Below are positions 29,886 through 39,777 of a stretch of 64,000 bases of DNA, in pieces. A model generated the notes under the pieces. That model was not told the origin of the DNA and made no database searches. It worked only from the letters and a program-made list of their open reading frames with translations. Origin of the DNA: Promethearchaeota archaeon (GTDB lineage: Archaea > Asgardarchaeota > Heimdallarchaeia > Hodarchaeales > Hodarchaeaceae); the NCBI GenBank assembly GCA_048938105.1, contig JBHLMN010000007.1, positions 128,001 to 192,000 of the forward strand. Direction: 5' to 3'. The position numbers were made by a program, and so were the translations under genes. Position 1 is the first letter of the stretch. Each line of letters starts with the position of its first letter.

Positions 29886-30293
29886 TTAAGTGAGATCAAG
29901 TACAATGTCTTGCAGCTCTTTTCTCACATTTTGGCTTATTTGTTGGATCTCTCTCCCTTTATCTGTGACTGATTCCTTTTTTGGAGTTGTGATCTTGGAA
30001 TTGCGACAAAAAACTGGCCAGAGATTAATGACAGTCTCTTGTTCGTCTTGAACTATTAGAATTGAAGATACAATTTTATCTATTTCTCGATAAGTTTCTC
30101 TAGATAACCTCAATTTTTTTACTAGAGGACAAGTATAATAATATTTCTGTGGTTCTTCTGTCTCATGCCGTATTAAAGGTCTTTGATCTCGGGTGTAACA
30201 GAATTTATCTTTACCTAGTTGAAGAACACATCCTACTTGAAACCCAGGTTTAGCCACCCGAAATGGACAGAATCCTCTCTTTTCGGTTATCAT
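29886..30293 (-). CDS. Hypothetical four-Cys protein, paralog B
   Basis: Paralog of 29269..29646; ATG 30293 lies about 24 nt after the TATA box (leaderless spacing); GTG 30305 is an alternative. Confidence 0.8.
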   Translation of the reverse strand: MITEKRGFCPFRVAKPGFQVGCVLQLGKDKFCYTRDQRPLIRHETEEPQKYYYTCPLVKKLRLSRETYREIDKIVSSILIVQDEQETVINLWPVFCRNSKITTPKKESVTDKGREIQQISQNVRKELQDIVLDLT

Positions 30294-30314
30294 TACCTTC
30301 TTCACATCAATTAT

Positions 30315-30328
30315 ATTTTTTAAACCTT
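30315..30328 (-). promoter_or_regulatory. Promoter-like 14-mer AAGGTTTAAAAAAT upstream of paralog B
   Basis: Identical to 29738-29751. Confidence 0.55.
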
Positions 30329-30493
30329 GGTAATAACCAACGTTTTAGCTGAAATACTACCTCTAATATGTTTTTCAAGTAACAAACTAGCTTAAAATGT
30401 CTTGATTAGAATTCATTTAAATAATTATAATAAATCCTCTTTATTAAAATGCTTTTTTCCTTTCATTCTCGTGCTTTTGAAAGCTGATTACAT

Positions 30494-31231
30494 ATGTATC
30501 TAAATGAGATTTCGGATGAGGCAAGGAGGTGGATGATTTGGTTTCTTTTAAAAGCCAATATAATCATCATTGGCTTATTTATTTTATTAAATGGTATATT
30601 AAATAAAGATGTTCCTCTAGTGCTAATAGCGTTGATACTCCTTCTTATTGGGGGATTTTTAACATATCTAGATATCCAAAATGATCCTTATCAAATGCTT
30701 AGATTATTAAAAATTCAGACCTTCCTTTGGTGGCGTTTACATGGCCCCCTTATTTCTCGTAAATCCTTTTTCTATCACTTTCCTGAAGGAAGTCAGTTAC
30801 AACAACCGCATTTAGTTCGATCCATTTCTGTTCAACAAAAAGACTTGACTCTAGGGGCACGAATGCTTAAAATTGTAAAAATCGTTCAATTATGTCCTGA
30901 ATGTGATGGAAAAAGGAATAAACCAATGACTGTTCAAATAGAATGCTCTCATTGTCAAAATGGAAGACAGATGTACTCATTAGGAGTAATAAGCATTCCA
31001 ATCCCCTGTAATCACTGTTTAGGTGTTGGATGGATCCCTGTACATCCCTGTCCTGTCTGTCGAGGAAAAGGAAGTGTTTGGCGGAAACAAAAAATCCGTG
31101 TTCAAATTCCTCCACACTCATCTGTGGGAACTAAGCTTCGTATACCAGCTCTTGGTAAAATCAATCCAAAAACTCTCCAACAGGGGGATTTGTTTTTGAA
31201 AATCAGAAAAAAGATGTTTAATTTAATCTAA
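30494..31231 (+). CDS. Membrane-anchored DnaJ-like zinc-finger/CTD protein lacking a J domain
   Basis: Two N-terminal TM helices; CPECDG, CSHCQNG, CNHCLGVG, CPVCRGKG; VQIPP...GTKLRIPALG...GDLFL; no HPD. Confidence 0.8.
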   Translation: MYLNEISDEARRWMIWFLLKANIIIIGLFILLNGILNKDVPLVLIALILLLIGGFLTYLDIQNDPYQMLRLLKIQTFLWWRLHGPLISRKSFFYHFPEGSQLQQPHLVRSISVQQKDLTLGARMLKIVKIVQLCPECDGKRNKPMTVQIECSHCQNGRQMYSLGVISIPIPCNHCLGVGWIPVHPCPVCRGKGSVWRKQKIRVQIPPHSSVGTKLRIPALGKINPKTLQQGDLFLKIRKKMFNLI

Positions 31232-31401
31232 AGCTGTCTTGATCATTTCTTTAAAGTACATCTCTATCAAAAGATTATATATAATGTATCCTGTGATTTT
31301 TTAAGAAAAACATATTTTTATTAAATAAGAAGTGTTCATGGATGATTACACTTTTCTAATCATCATTGGTGAACAAAAAAGACAAAAGGAATAACAAAAA
31401 G

Positions 31402-32595
31402 ATGAATAACAGTGAATTAAAGCAAGCTTTAATTAATGAAGCCAAAGAATTAGAATCATACATAATAGAAAAGCGACGCTATATTCACATGTATCCTGAA
31501 ACTTCTTACGAAGAAGTAAAGACAGGGGCATTTATTGAAGATGAACTTCAAAAAATAGGATATGAAACGCAGAAAATAGCTAAGACTGGTGTTTTGGCGA
31601 TTCTTAAAGGATCTAAAGAAGGAAAAATAGTTGCTCTCCGAGCAGATATCGACGCCTTAAATATTACTGAGGAAAATGATGTACCATACTGCAGCAAAAT
31701 TCCAGGGAAAATGCATGCTTGTGGTCATGATGCTCATGTCGCAATGCTTTTAGGAGCAGCTAAAATCTTATTCAAATATAAGGATCATCTACGAGGTACT
31801 TTAAAAATCATATTTCAACCAGCAGAAGAAGGAGGGGCTGGAGGCCAGAAAGTTGTCGAGGAAGGACATTTAAATGATGTTGATGTCATATTCGGAATCC
31901 ATGTGTGGCATGAACTACCATCAGGAGTAATTGGCACAAGAAAAGGACCGATGATGGCTTCTGCTGATGATTTTGTAATAACAATCAAAGGCAAAGGTGG
32001 ACACGCTGCTGCTCCTCACCAAGCTGTTGATCCAACTGCAGTCTTAACTGATATCTACAATGCCCTTCAGAAATTAATCAGCCGTGAAATTGATCCATTT
32101 GCAAATGCTGTGCTTACTGCACCTGTATTTGAAGGGAGTGATGCTTTTAATGTTATCCCTCCTCAAGCAACTCTAAAGGGTACTTTCAGAACCATGGATC
32201 CAGAGGTTCGAGATCATATTATTAAACGAATGAAAGAAATTGTACAAGGTTATAGTAAAGCTTGGCGTTGCGAAGGAAACGTTGATTTAGGTAAGATAGC
32301 GGCTTATCCACCATTAATAAATAACGTCCAAGCTGTTGATGAGCTAAAAGTGATTCTTTTCGACTTGGATACTGTTGTAACAATGGAGCCCACTATGGGA
32401 GGAGAAGACTTTGCTTTCTACCTTGAAAAGACTAAAGGTGCATTCCTAGGATTAGGAATTTATAATGAAGAAAAAGGTATAATCTACCCTCATCATCATC
32501 CAAAATTCGATGTAGACGAGGCGATTCTTTGGAGAGGAACAGCAATCCATTCTCTATTAGGCTTTTATTCATTACTTAGCAGTCCTAATGAGTAA
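31402..32595 (+). CDS. M20D amidohydrolase/carboxypeptidase
   Basis: HMYPE, LRADIDAL, MHACGHDAH, FQPAEE, GKGGHAA, GGEDF, HHHPKF. Confidence 0.93.
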   Translation: MNNSELKQALINEAKELESYIIEKRRYIHMYPETSYEEVKTGAFIEDELQKIGYETQKIAKTGVLAILKGSKEGKIVALRADIDALNITEENDVPYCSKIPGKMHACGHDAHVAMLLGAAKILFKYKDHLRGTLKIIFQPAEEGGAGGQKVVEEGHLNDVDVIFGIHVWHELPSGVIGTRKGPMMASADDFVITIKGKGGHAAAPHQAVDPTAVLTDIYNALQKLISREIDPFANAVLTAPVFEGSDAFNVIPPQATLKGTFRTMDPEVRDHIIKRMKEIVQGYSKAWRCEGNVDLGKIAAYPPLINNVQAVDELKVILFDLDTVVTMEPTMGGEDFAFYLEKTKGAFLGLGIYNEEKGIIYPHHHPKFDVDEAILWRGTAIHSLLGFYSLLSSPNE

Positions 32596-32597
32596 AT

Positions 32598-33458
32598 TCA
32601 CTCTTTTTTCCTAGTTTCCATCCCCCAAAAGAAAATCCAAGAGAAAATTATCGCAAGGATTATAATTAAACTAAAAAAGTTGAAAGCGTTGTTTACATCA
32701 GCACTTGTAACAATACGCTCATCCTCGGTCATTAAAAAGAAGTTTGTAATAAAAAACACCCGAAAATAGGTCGAAAATTCTAGTATGTCTTCTGTGGCAA
32801 ACCCCAAATAGATTGAACTGAAAATAAAGAATGGAATGACAAAAAAAACGAATATTGGAAACCCACTACCCATACCGCTCAATGACCTAAATTTCATAAC
32901 CATAGTATTACCTAAAATGGTGATGGTTAAGGGAACAAGGGATACCACAACTAAGATCAGAAATGCAGATAAAAATTGATCTAAGGTTATAGGTAGATCT
33001 TGTTGCACAGCCAAGAATGCTATTACGCACGCAATCCATGTAAAAATGCTTGTTACTATTAACACAATCAGTGCTGTAACTGTTTTTCCTATAAAAAGCT
33101 CGAATCGTTTTGTAGATGAGAGTAAGATTTCGATAGCTGATTCATGGAGAAATAATTCTTGAATTACGACAATAGAAACAAGAATATTGATTATGTAAGC
33201 AAAAGTAACATAAATTTGCAAAACATATCCAACAAACCATTGGTAGCCATTCTTATGTAAATAGATCTCTAACGTGGCAGTCTCTCCAGCAAAACTAACA
33301 TACAAAAGAGTGGGGACAAAACAAAAAGCTAACAGAAATAATATTCGGTTTGATAGTAAATATCGTGTTGTATCATATTTTAAAACAATAAAACAATTTC
33401 GAATGGAAAACCACGCCTCAAAGAAAAAATTTCTAAGAAATAAAGCTACGTTGACCAT
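32598..33458 (-). CDS. ABC-2 type exporter permease
   Basis: About 6 TM; IEILLSS..RFELFIGK motif; ATG 33458 immediately follows the ATPase stop. Confidence 0.78.
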   Translation of the reverse strand: MVNVALFLRNFFFEAWFSIRNCFIVLKYDTTRYLLSNRILFLLAFCFVPTLLYVSFAGETATLEIYLHKNGYQWFVGYVLQIYVTFAYIINILVSIVVIQELFLHESAIEILLSSTKRFELFIGKTVTALIVLIVTSIFTWIACVIAFLAVQQDLPITLDQFLSAFLILVVVSLVPLTITILGNTMVMKFRSLSGMGSGFPIFVFFVIPFFIFSSIYLGFATEDILEFSTYFRVFFITNFFLMTEDERIVTSADVNNAFNFFSLIIILAIIFSWIFFWGMETRKKE

Positions 33459-33459
33459 A

Positions 33460-34116
33460 TTATTTCCCCTTCTCGATCGGAAAACGTATTTCACGAAAAT
33501 TGGTGAAATGCTCTTTATTGTGAGAAGCTGCAATAACAATTTTACCGTTTTCTACATATTCTTTTAAATATCCTTTCAGTTTCGTCCTCATCTCCAGGTC
33601 TAAGTTATCGTATGGTTCATCGAGAAGTAATATTTTTGGTTCATTTAATAATGCGGAACATAATCCTAATCTTTGACGCATACCTTCACTATAAACACTT
33701 GTATCTATATTACGCCATTTAGTTAGACCAAAATCTTCGAGTATTTCTGTAGCTCGTTTTTTCGGCTCCCTCATTCCCATTAATTTACCTAGATAAAATA
33801 AGAAAGTTAAACCAGATATTCCAGCGTGAAATTTACACTCTTCAGGCATAAAACCAAGTAAGTTCAGCAGAGCTCTACTTCTTCGTCTTGTATTATGACC
33901 GTAAATCAATATTTTTCCTTTAGAAGGCATTAATAATGTAGCTATCATTCGTAAAAGAGTGGATTTTCCAGAGCCATTAGGGCCTAGAAAGAGTACTGAT
34001 TCACCTCCAGAGATTGTTAAAGACAAATCATCGATTACTCTCACTTTAAGACTAGCCTTCCAAATACGGAAAATTTTACTGACATGTTGAACATCAATTT
34101 CAGTCAATATTTTCAT
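33460..34116 (-). CDS. ABC exporter ATP-binding protein
   Basis: GPNGSGKST, YSEGMRQR, LLDEP, ASH. Confidence 0.9.
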   Translation of the reverse strand: MKILTEIDVQHVSKIFRIWKASLKVRVIDDLSLTISGGESVLFLGPNGSGKSTLLRMIATLLMPSKGKILIYGHNTRRRSRALLNLLGFMPEECKFHAGISGLTFLFYLGKLMGMREPKKRATEILEDFGLTKWRNIDTSVYSEGMRQRLGLCSALLNEPKILLLDEPYDNLDLEMRTKLKGYLKEYVENGKIVIAASHNKEHFTNFREIRFPIEKGK

Positions 34117-34242
34117 CCTAAAGCGAGTGATTTTTGATTATCCTCCAAATGCAATAAGCTTTTTGAAGTATTCTCAACTAGTAATAAGTACAATCAGAAT
34201 TAATTAGTTACAATTGTTAAAAGAGAAAGAGTTATTCTTTCA

Positions 34243-35091
34243 ATGGATAAATCAATAATAATGAAATCATATAATAGATTGATAACAATCTCATTAATTT
34301 TTCTCTTTCTTAGCGTTTTTTATCCCCTTCGAGAAACCTCTGCAATACCTGAAACAAATCAACGATTGATACCTTTTATTGGGATGGTAGTTGATTATAA
34401 ACTGAATGTTATTATTGAAGGTATTACTTTTCTTCCTATTCCTGTTACAGCAAATTGGACTGTCACTTGGGAACAATATAATAGATCAACCCCTAGTATC
34501 TTTATCTCTAATCTCACAGTGAAATCTTCTCATATTCTCTCCTTCAGTATTTTGGAACAAGAATCAGGCATCATTGTGGAGAACATTACTTCACGGCAAG
34601 TGTTATATGTCGATTTAGCAAACACAACATTTTTACAACTATTATACGATGTTTATTATTCTCCCACTAAACCTAATTATTCACCTTTTTACATTAACAC
34701 GACTGGAATTAATATTGATGATCATATCAATATTTACAGTTTTATAATGACTGTTGTTACCACTGATCGGATATTAGTACCAGATTTTGGATATAGGGAT
34801 GTCTGGGTTATACAAGTAAATGTAACAGACCTCAGTTATGTTGAACACTTTATTAGCTTGGTTTATGATGATATTTCTGGTGTACTAGTAGGAGGAAGTA
34901 TATATACCCGTTGGTTTTCTGACAATCGCATTTATCGTGTAAAGATTATCTGTCAATATACTAATGCATTAGAAAGGCATCTGATAGTAATTGATACGAA
35001 TAGAATTTTAGTAATCTTAGTAAGCTGTGTACCGATCATCCCTTCACTTGTTAAGATCTCACGAATGAAAGAAATTAAAGGGGGATTATAG
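34243..35091 (+). CDS. Hypothetical exported protein with C-terminal TM segment
   Basis: Signal peptide, many N-x-S/T sequons, YDDISGVLV, C-terminal hydrophobic stretch. Confidence 0.7.
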   Translation: MDKSIIMKSYNRLITISLIFLFLSVFYPLRETSAIPETNQRLIPFIGMVVDYKLNVIIEGITFLPIPVTANWTVTWEQYNRSTPSIFISNLTVKSSHILSFSILEQESGIIVENITSRQVLYVDLANTTFLQLLYDVYYSPTKPNYSPFYINTTGINIDDHINIYSFIMTVVTTDRILVPDFGYRDVWVIQVNVTDLSYVEHFISLVYDDISGVLVGGSIYTRWFSDNRIYRVKIICQYTNALERHLIVIDTNRILVILVSCVPIIPSLVKISRMKEIKGGL

Positions 35092-35110
35092 AACATCAGG
35101 AGGAGATAAA

Positions 35111-35935
35111 TTGCCACAGATCAGTGTTAACGACATCGAGATTTATTATGAAATTCATGGAGAAGGCCAACCACTGGTTTTTATTCATGGAGCTTTCGTT
35201 AGTTCGACAATGTGGAAACCACAAATTGATTTTTTTATTGAAAGATTTCAAGCTGTAATTTATGATATCCGAGGGCATGGGAAAACGGGTCCATCTTCTA
35301 CGAAAAAATACTCCATACAACTTTATGCAGATGATTTATATAATTTACTTAACAAATTAAACATTGATAGGCCAATAATATGTGGACTAAGCCTTGGAGG
35401 TATGATCGCTCAGGTTTTCGCAACAAAATATCCAGAGAACTGTTCTGCCTTGATTTTGGCAGATACAGCGGCTACTATTACCCTCACACGATGGGATTAC
35501 ATCATGCGCTATCTTATTGGCCCTAAATGGTTGATGTTACTTACTTTAAGAATAATGGGAGTTAAGAGATTCATTAGATTTTCATTTTGGTTAGCAAAAT
35601 TCACACGAAGTAAAGAATGGGTTGGAAACGAAGAGATCATAGAATATGAAAAAAGAGAAATGCTAAACTTAGATAAAAAAGAATATCTTAAGATTTTCGG
35701 GTCTTTATATGATTTTAAACTCCAAGAATTATTTAGAATCAAAGTACCTACTCTTGTGTTAAATGGGGAATACGAATCGAAAAGTATTTTTAAACATGCG
35801 GAGAAAATGAGAAGTTTAATTCCTAATTGCGAAGTAGATATTATAAAAGAGGCTGGACATACTTCAAACATGGAGAACTCTGAAGAATATAATAAGAGGA
35901 TTGCTGATTTTTTAAAGAAAAATGATTTCCATTAG
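35111..35935 (+). CDS. Alpha/beta fold hydrolase
   Basis: FIHG, DIRGHG, GLSLGG, AGH; AGGAGG RBS before TTG. Confidence 0.9.
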   Translation: MPQISVNDIEIYYEIHGEGQPLVFIHGAFVSSTMWKPQIDFFIERFQAVIYDIRGHGKTGPSSTKKYSIQLYADDLYNLLNKLNIDRPIICGLSLGGMIAQVFATKYPENCSALILADTAATITLTRWDYIMRYLIGPKWLMLLTLRIMGVKRFIRFSFWLAKFTRSKEWVGNEEIIEYEKREMLNLDKKEYLKIFGSLYDFKLQELFRIKVPTLVLNGEYESKSIFKHAEKMRSLIPNCEVDIIKEAGHTSNMENSEEYNKRIADFLKKNDFH

Positions 35936-35986
35936 ATCGGAGAATGTAAATTCCTTCAATTTCAAAATAAAGGAAAGGTAGAAGCA

Positions 35987-36241
35987 TTAACCCGTAAGTG
36001 TAATAAGGGGAGGATTAGTCGAGAAAGTATCACTAATGGTATTTTTGAAGCTATCAATAGTATGAGTATTACCAGCTTCATCTTGGATCGTAAACTGAGC
36101 TTCTTTCACGAGAATCTCAAATACTTCATAAGCCATAGTAGGATAGAAAGTGTTACCTGTGAAAGTTCCTAAAGAAATAATCTGAGGAGGTTCTTTAAGT
36201 GATTTTCTTTCTAAATAATAACTAGGACTCATTTTTTTCAT
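35987..36241 (-). CDS. Small hypothetical protein
   Basis: Fills an intergenic gap with ordinary composition; start uncertain (36232/36241/36346). Confidence 0.45.
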   Translation of the reverse strand: MKKMSPSYYLERKSLKEPPQIISLGTFTGNTFYPTMAYEVFEILVKEAQFTIQDEAGNTHTIDSFKNTISDTFSTNPPLITLTG

Positions 36242-36438
36242 GCTCCATTTGGTAAGATAATTTAATTCCGCTATCAACAAGTTTAAACAAAAGATATCAT
36301 CATACAAAGAATTCTGGGATATCCAAGTAGCAAAAAAAGATAACATGAGATGTTATCTTGAGAATACAGAGATAACATGTAGAAAAAGGGGTGAAATATA
36401 AAAAAAAAGAGGATTAGACATCAAGATTGTTGAAGATC

Positions 36439-38847
36439 TTAATTGACCATCCGATTATAAAGCATATCAGGTAGAGAGCTTCGCCAGGTTCTCCAAGCAA
36501 TAAGACTAGTCGCCAAAAACACGCAAATACCGATTATAACAAGAATAATAATCCATAATTCTATTGGTACAAGTGCAGGGAGATACAATTCAGGAAGAAT
36601 ATATTCATATGTGGGCTTTAATAAGACGATGCTCAGCGGAACACCAATGAAAAATCCAAAGATGCCATAGATGAGGTTTTCTGTGAAAATGATTTTCAAA
36701 ATTGTTCTATGTTTAGCTCCCATTGCTCTTAATGCCAAGAATTCCATTTCTCTCTCCATCATAGCTAGTGACATGCTAGAAAATGAAAATAAAACAAGTG
36801 TAGCTAAGCCTAGAAAAGCAACAAGCAATAATAACTGCATAAGCATACTTAATAATTCTATTATCGTTTCCTTTGCCTCATTACTATCAACATACACATA
36901 AGGTTTGAATTCTTCTTGAATTAGCTGTTTAATCTGTTCCTTTTCAATATTAGATATGATCTTACTGAATTCAAATGCAAAACCAGTTACATTTTCTGTA
37001 ATCCCAATGTGGTGTACATCTGATACAGAATTCTGAATTCCTTCGATAGTCCAGAAAAAAGCATTCTCTGCTATTTCTCCTGTGATGCCTACTACTTCAA
37101 CAGTTACATTTGACTGCAAATCAAAAGTTAAAGTGATTTCATCCCTTTTTTCTAACTCTAAGTCCTTGGCTAAGTTATTACTTATTAGAATTTTATTTTT
37201 ACTGAGTTCTTTCTCTCCAGTTATTACATTATAGTCTCTTAAAGACGAGTTTTGATGAAAAGCTTGTAATGGAACTCGTTGATTACCAATCCAAACAGTA
37301 GTATACAAGAACCCTTCTACATTAGTGATTCCTGATACATTTCGATGAATCCACTGTTTAATTTCGGTTTCATCAATCGATTTCGGTAATAAAACCTTAG
37401 CGTCATATTTTTCGTACAAAGAATAATTTTGATCTAAAGCATATATATAATCATAAAATAAGCTAGCAGAGATAACTAAAATCACCATGGAAGCCGCAAC
37501 AACCATTGCAGTCGATAGTGATCGTCTCTTATTCATGAAAACTGACCTGAGAGGAATTTTTGAAGCTAAGCCTGTAAAGAATTTTAATGGTCTGAGTATC
37601 TGTTCTAAAAGCGGCTCACGACCAAGTTCACTAGTAGAATATGCAGCTTTTAAGGCTTCATGAGGAGTCAAATGCGTAACTGGGAATGTAGCTAATATAG
37701 AGGATGTTAAAATTAGTATTACTGCTAAAAGGGTGATAGTAATCCAATTTAAAGGATTAGAGGATATTGTAATCATGATTAAACCAAAAACACTAACACC
37801 GACATTTACTAAAGCAAATGTTGTTATTGCTGCTCCCAACCATCCGAAAAGTATCCCGATTAATCCGAGTAGTAAGCCAAAACTGGTATAATGGAAGAGT
37901 ATTGAACGATTTTTCAATCCTAATGCTCCATATAAGCCAATATGCGTCCTTTGAGCCATTATTAATTTACTTAAGGAATTATAGATCGCAATAGATCCAA
38001 CTATCAGAGCAAAAAGACCAAAGACTACTCCTATTTTTTCCATAGCATCAGTTCGAAGCTCTAACCAGCCTCGTTCCATTGATTCATCCCAATAGATTAC
38101 ATTTTGAATTTTATCTTCACCTAAAGCAAAAGAAAGAGCTTGATCCGCTCTTTGATTGGCAGCATGTGACCTTTCCTTAGTTTTAACTAAGATCTCATTA
38201 ATTCCAGTTTGGTTGAATTTATCCTGGAGCATATCAAGAGGCATATAGATTATACATAATTCTCCGAAGGTTATAACATTTGTTTGCTCATCTACCACAA
38301 AGATATATTCAGAATCAGCAACAAATCCTGCTATTGATACATTGACAATAGTATTTCCAAAAAAAATCGATAATTGGTCCTTTAATTCAGCCTGGGCTCC
38401 TAATAAGATGATATTACCAAAATGCTGTTCAATAAATACTTGGTCATCAGATAATTGTTCGCTACCAGCTCTTACTTTTAATTTGTTTATTCTATTTTTT
38501 TCAAAATCGATTCCTATCAAATATGCTTTGTGGAGTTTATCATTCAATTTCACTGTAGAATACTCAAAAATTCGGCCCTCAAGGTCAGTGATTCCTGCAG
38601 CTTGCTTCTCTGATTCAGATAATAGGGATGACACATTATTTTCTGAGATGGATTCTTTCAAACGAATTCTTAGATCAGCATTATTTAGTAGCTTATTTGA
38701 TGCTTCTACTGATGCCATTGCAGAATCTCTTAAATTCATTAGTCCTAAACCCAAGGAAAGTGCGAGGAAAACTGTTAAAATTATCATGATTGAGCGGAAC
38801 TTATTGAATCGAATATCCCGAAAGATCTTCTTGGTAAGAATTTTCAA
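36439..38847 (-). CDS. MacB/FtsX-like ABC permease with duplicated periplasmic+FtsX domains
   Basis: QRTHIGLYGALG and EREMEFLALRAMGA FtsX signatures; 802 aa. Confidence 0.88.
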   Translation of the reverse strand: MKILTKKIFRDIRFNKFRSIMIILTVFLALSLGLGLMNLRDSAMASVEASNKLLNNADLRIRLKESISENNVSSLLSESEKQAAGITDLEGRIFEYSTVKLNDKLHKAYLIGIDFEKNRINKLKVRAGSEQLSDDQVFIEQHFGNIILLGAQAELKDQLSIFFGNTIVNVSIAGFVADSEYIFVVDEQTNVITFGELCIIYMPLDMLQDKFNQTGINEILVKTKERSHAANQRADQALSFALGEDKIQNVIYWDESMERGWLELRTDAMEKIGVVFGLFALIVGSIAIYNSLSKLIMAQRTHIGLYGALGLKNRSILFHYTSFGLLLGLIGILFGWLGAAITTFALVNVGVSVFGLIMITISSNPLNWITITLLAVILILTSSILATFPVTHLTPHEALKAAYSTSELGREPLLEQILRPLKFFTGLASKIPLRSVFMNKRRSLSTAMVVAASMVILVISASLFYDYIYALDQNYSLYEKYDAKVLLPKSIDETEIKQWIHRNVSGITNVEGFLYTTVWIGNQRVPLQAFHQNSSLRDYNVITGEKELSKNKILISNNLAKDLELEKRDEITLTFDLQSNVTVEVVGITGEIAENAFFWTIEGIQNSVSDVHHIGITENVTGFAFEFSKIISNIEKEQIKQLIQEEFKPYVYVDSNEAKETIIELLSMLMQLLLLVAFLGLATLVLFSFSSMSLAMMEREMEFLALRAMGAKHRTILKIIFTENLIYGIFGFFIGVPLSIVLLKPTYEYILPELYLPALVPIELWIIILVIIGICVFLATSLIAWRTWRSSLPDMLYNRMVN

Positions 38848-38866
38848 TAGTTACACACCTTTCTAA

Positions 38867-39559
38867 TTAATGATTATTAACAATTTCAATCTGGCCATCC
38901 CGAAGGTGGAACACACGTTGAGCTTTTTCAGTTAAGCTGATATCATGAGATACAACAAGATAGGTTCCACCAAACTTTTCATTGAGCTGCTTCATTAAAT
39001 CAGCAATTTTCTCTCCCGTGACAAAATCAAGGTTTCCAGTGGGCTCGTCCGCAACAACAATTTCAGGGTTTTTTACCAGTGCTCGGGCAATGGCGACTCG
39101 TTGCTGTTCTCCTCCAGATAATTGACTTGGAAAACGATCTGTTTTATCACCAAGACCCACAGCTTCTAACATATCACAAGCCCGATTTTTAATGTTTTTT
39201 CGATCTCCCTTAAATTCAAGAGCCAATGCAACATTCTCCCAAGCGCGAAGAGAAGGAATGAGGTTGAAGAATTGAAAAATCCATCCAACTCGGTTCCGAC
39301 GATATTCTCCTAACTGTCCAGTTCCCCATTCAGTGATTTCTTCGCCTTTGATCTTAATAGACCCTTTTGTTGGGGAATCAATTCCTCCGATTTGGTTAAG
39401 TAAAGTTGTTTTTCCTGATCCTGATGGTCCAAGTACAACAACAAATTCACCTTCAAATATTCTCATTGAAACCCCACGTAAAGCATGAACTATATAATCA
39501 CCTAATGAAAATTCACGATGTACATCTGATAGAACTACCATAGGTTCTTTTAATGCCAT
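38867..39559 (-). CDS. LolD/MacB-type ABC ATP-binding protein
   Basis: GPSGSGKTT, IFQFFNLI, LSGGEQQRVAIARAL, ADEPTGNLD. Confidence 0.93.
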   Translation of the reverse strand: MALKEPMVVLSDVHREFSLGDYIVHALRGVSMRIFEGEFVVVLGPSGSGKTTLLNQIGGIDSPTKGSIKIKGEEITEWGTGQLGEYRRNRVGWIFQFFNLIPSLRAWENVALALEFKGDRKNIKNRACDMLEAVGLGDKTDRFPSQLSGGEQQRVAIARALVKNPEIVVADEPTGNLDFVTGEKIADLMKQLNEKFGGTYLVVSHDISLTEKAQRVFHLRDGQIEIVNNH

Positions 39560-39777
39560 TATAAGCCACTCTCATTCGTTTTCCAAATTTTGGAATTTCT
39601 ACTTTTTCACTTTTGGAAAACATTTAAAAACTTATAGATTTAAGCAATCATAACTAATGATATTTTAATTATTCACTTATCAATATCTTTAACAATAGAT
39701 TCGCAGTTATATAGCCTTGGGTCTTTCTGGAGGAAAATAATCTGACTGAAAAAACTTCATCCTTAAAAAACATTCAA

